Assembly (NCBI GenBank): GCA_032718475.1
Contig: JAUCBJ010006937.1
Span: 1-64,000, forward strand
From: Nemertoderma westbladi
Lineage: Eukaryota > Animalia > Xenacoelomorpha
Reading direction: 5' to 3'
DNA length: 64,000 nucleotides
Every line of letters begins with the position of its first letter. The stretch's first letter is position 1. The position numbers and the translations under genes are program-made. The notes beneath the pieces are model-generated. The model was given only the letters and a program-made list of their open reading frames with translations. It was not told the DNA's origin and searched no databases. Shown here one piece after another: positions 61,006 through 64,000 of this stretch.

Positions 61006-61796
61006 AAACGTTTTGTCCAAGAATCAAGTCATTTAAATCACCCATTGAACGATTTAATACTTCATGTAAAACTACTTCAATGGATCTTAATATTATAAGG
61101 GCGCTGGAGAACTGCCTATCCATGCCTATAATGGAAAGATATGTAATGAACAAATGGCTGCAGGCTTTTTACCTGTCCAGTAATTTCAATTTTGGATTTG
61201 TCAGACAATGGATAATGGTACAAATATGGGTGATCGTACCAGTCATGCGGTCAGTATGTTCTGAAAATCTGATGTGCTAATATAGCTAGGCCTAGGTTAG
61301 TAGGCAGTTGCATAGCAACGCGGGAATATCACTGATATTTCCCCATGGGCAAGAAATTATACTTTGTAGGTAGACCAATATTATAAATGAATATATAATT
61401 TCCAATATTATACATTGTAAGTCAAGCAATCATTTTTATTCATGACACTACCTCTGGGGTCTACTACATATCGCTCGTCAGGTAAATCATACGGCAGGTT
61501 CCCTGAACGAAACCAGAGGTCTAGTGGGAAGGGAGGTCGATATTAGTGGAACACTAAAAACGAACACTCAGGAATCAGAATTCACTCAGGATAAATAACT
61601 TTCAATATTACCACCACATATGACGGCAGTCCCTTAGAGCAACGGAGATATCGCCAATGGAGAATATCTGGGAGTGCAGACTCAGACACATTTACTTCTA
61701 TAAAGTTATCAGGCAATACCCTGTCATTATTGAGAAGCTTTATTAATGACCATATATTTTTGCTTTTGGAATTAATATAATTTTTATTATTTTCAG

Positions 61797-61955
61797 ATAT
61801 TTGGAATTGAATATCTCAACCCGTCGTTTTACACATCTACCTTTTACATCTGGTATCTAAATCTTGTATTGGATCCATTCGTATATTTCCTAACAAGTGA
61901 CAGATCAATAAAGTCGTTTGTGAGATTGGCAAATTGTATGAGACATAAGAAGTAG
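61797..61955 (+). CDS. GPCR coding exon 2 (TM7, helix 8, stop); absent from the ORF track
   Basis: IFGIEYLNPSFYTSTFYIWYLNLVLDPFVYFLTSDRSIKSFVRLANCMRHKK*, containing the DPxxY motif; phase 0 after TTTCAG. Confidence 0.85.
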   Translation: MFGIEYLNPSFYTSTFYIWYLNLVLDPFVYFLTSDRSIKSFVRLANCMRHKK

Positions 61956-62754
61956 AATTGAAAATATGTTATTTATGTTATTTATATTTCAAACAAATCA
62001 TGTCTACCCAACCGAATGTTTATTGTCGAATTATCGAATGTTTATTTTCTTTGTCGATTAGATCTATTATTATAAACGTAACCATAGCTTACCAAAGTAG
62101 ATTTTGCAGTTCTAACACTAAAATAATTTACATCCTGTTGGCCTGGTACTTGTTGTTGCCAATCAGTACAAAATTGTTAAAAATATTAATATTTTAAAAG
62201 TGACGTATATTTCGCAGTTCTAAGTAATATTTCCAAACCAAACCAAACAGATTAATTAAATATAGTAAAATAATTTTCACAGTAAAACACTATTGTATCA
62301 TTAAAAAGAAATATAATAACAGAATAGGACTACAACAATTTAGGAGAAACTATAACTATATAAATTAAAATAGTATTATAGTTTTTTGCTAAAACATAGA
62401 ATTTATCGATTTACAACATTGTATTTCTCCAGATAGTGGCGCATATTGTCCACAAATGAAAAAATGTGATCTCCAGTGTAAAGTGTTCGATATTAAATAT
62501 TGTTTTGTTTATTGTTTTTGTTAGTAAACTTTACTGATTGGTTTTACCTAATGTTTTAAACTAAATAAATTATGATGTTATAAACCCATAATTATATGAC
62601 TAAAAAATGAAATTTTCGATTTTTAGCTAATTTGGGTCAAAATTTTATGCTGATTCTTCTGGTGAAATACTTTTTTGGATATCTTTTCTCAAACTCGAGA
62701 TATTCCTCTTCAATTGAAGCTAGTCGCTTGTCTCCGATCCAAAAATATTATTCT

Positions 62755-63410
62755 ACAGACTGGACAGACTGATGAGGTTCTGATTAAGGACATGGGGGGC
62801 GGTTGGCGACTCGCCCTCGCGTCAGCAGATGATACTGGAAATGGTGGAATTGGTCTATTGATGAATCCAACTGCACATGCAGCATTGGACAAAATAGACC
62901 AAATCTCTAACCGCATCATCCGTTGCCACTTCTCATGTTCTGGAAGACTGGCTAAGAAGTTTCCTAAGGTGGTTCTGATTGTGTGCTACTCTCCAACTAG
63001 TGTTGCCCCTGTAGAGGAGGTGGAAAATTTCTACCAAAATCTACCAGCAGCTACTGATGGAGTGGATCAGCATGCATTCTTAACATTCCTGGGAGACTTT
63101 AGTGCAAGTCTGCATCAATCACCTACATCGCCCTGGGTCTATAGCAATAGTGTTAACCGAAATTCCGTCCATCTTCAGGATTTTATCTCTGGAAATGGAT
63201 TGTTTTCGGCTGGAACCCAGTTCAAGAAGCGAACTGGAAAGCTATGGACTCATAGTGGACCCAATGGTCGCAAGTCCCAGATAGACCATATCCTGTTTCG
63301 TAGGAAACACAGGAGTTCTATACAAGACTGTAATGCATTTACACTTAGACCCTTCTCCAGTGATCACCGCCTTATTGTGGCCAAGGTAAGACTTAGTCTG
63401 CGTGCTAGCA
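62755..63410 (+). mobile_element. RTE-like LINE APE endonuclease fragment
   Basis: GGIGLL, VCYSPT, LGDF, WTHSGPNG..SQIDHIL, SDHRL motifs; truncated at both ends. Confidence 0.85.
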
Positions 63411-64000
63411 GAACACGTTTGTGGGGCCTTCGCGCAGCACGAGGCCCAGTTATGAGATACAAATTAAAATTGTGCGACTGTATCACAAAATCAGGTTATG
63501 AGAGATTAACCAACACCACCAATTAATCAAAGAAAGGGGGACAGTACGTGTTCACCCCTTTTAATCTGCACCCCCCCCCCCCCGCCCCCTCCCTTCCCAC
63601 CCACCAATACATAACCGCGACATCTACCACCCACGGAAGGGTAGCACGAACTTATTTCCAAACGCACGTTCAATATGCAAAGCCAGGTGGTTTATAGGAA
63701 TATAATCAATGCAGTACTCGTCTTCATTATAAGCCTCTTTGCGTTCGACCTGTTTTGTATTAAAATATATTTATTAAACGCAGGCTGACGCTCTTTATAA
63801 TAATAATACCTAGGGATGCCAGCTTCCAGACTTTCAATCTTTACTGCCGCGCAAACCCCGCAGAGGAAGTTTTGGTTTGAGAGATCAAGCCCATCGGCAA
63901 TTGGTGTTTCAATTTCGGTCCAGGAACTCTGACAATGGGAGCATTCAATCTTAGCTGTGGTCCATTCCCGTGGTTTCGGCTTCCTTTTCTTCGTCCCAAT

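Larger units (their letters stand above)
2473..61796 (+). other. 59.3-kb GT-AG intron of the GPCR, filled with nested TEs
   Basis: GT at 2473; TTTTTATTATTTTCAG acceptor ending at 61796; splicing gives an in-frame 363-aa 7TM protein. Confidence 0.8.

Overview
Eukaryotic, probably invertebrate, genomic DNA. The only host gene is a class A GPCR whose two coding exons (1540-2472 and 61797-61955) are separated by a 59.3-kb intron filled with nested transposons. A long-TIR DNA element was hit by a decayed BEL/Pao LTR retrotransposon (element 1, 5965-56707, +, TSD CCCGA). Element 1 contains three piggyBac-type MITE copies, a Tc1/mariner-type MITE, a CR1/L2-group LINE, a SINE and an intact, young 18.6-kb relative (element 2, 28350-46961, -, TSD CATAT). 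The two divergent BEL elements share an unusual set of features. (1) Neither has a tRNA primer-binding site; the 11 nt directly after the 5' LTR are perfectly complementary to 11 nt inside the element's own LTR, suggesting Tf1-like self-priming. (2) Their termini are not TG..CA and both have a short GGARCGG plus-strand primer site. (3) A second ORF in the env position encodes a DEDDy-like 3'-5' exonuclease plus CCHC zinc knuckles. (4) A Pol III A/B-box module lies ahead of a 3xCCAAT-TATA promoter. Each also carries its own repeated cis-motif: a 17-mer in element 2 and covarying hairpins in element 1. All calls come from reading the sequence by eye; no searches were run, so novelty is unverified.
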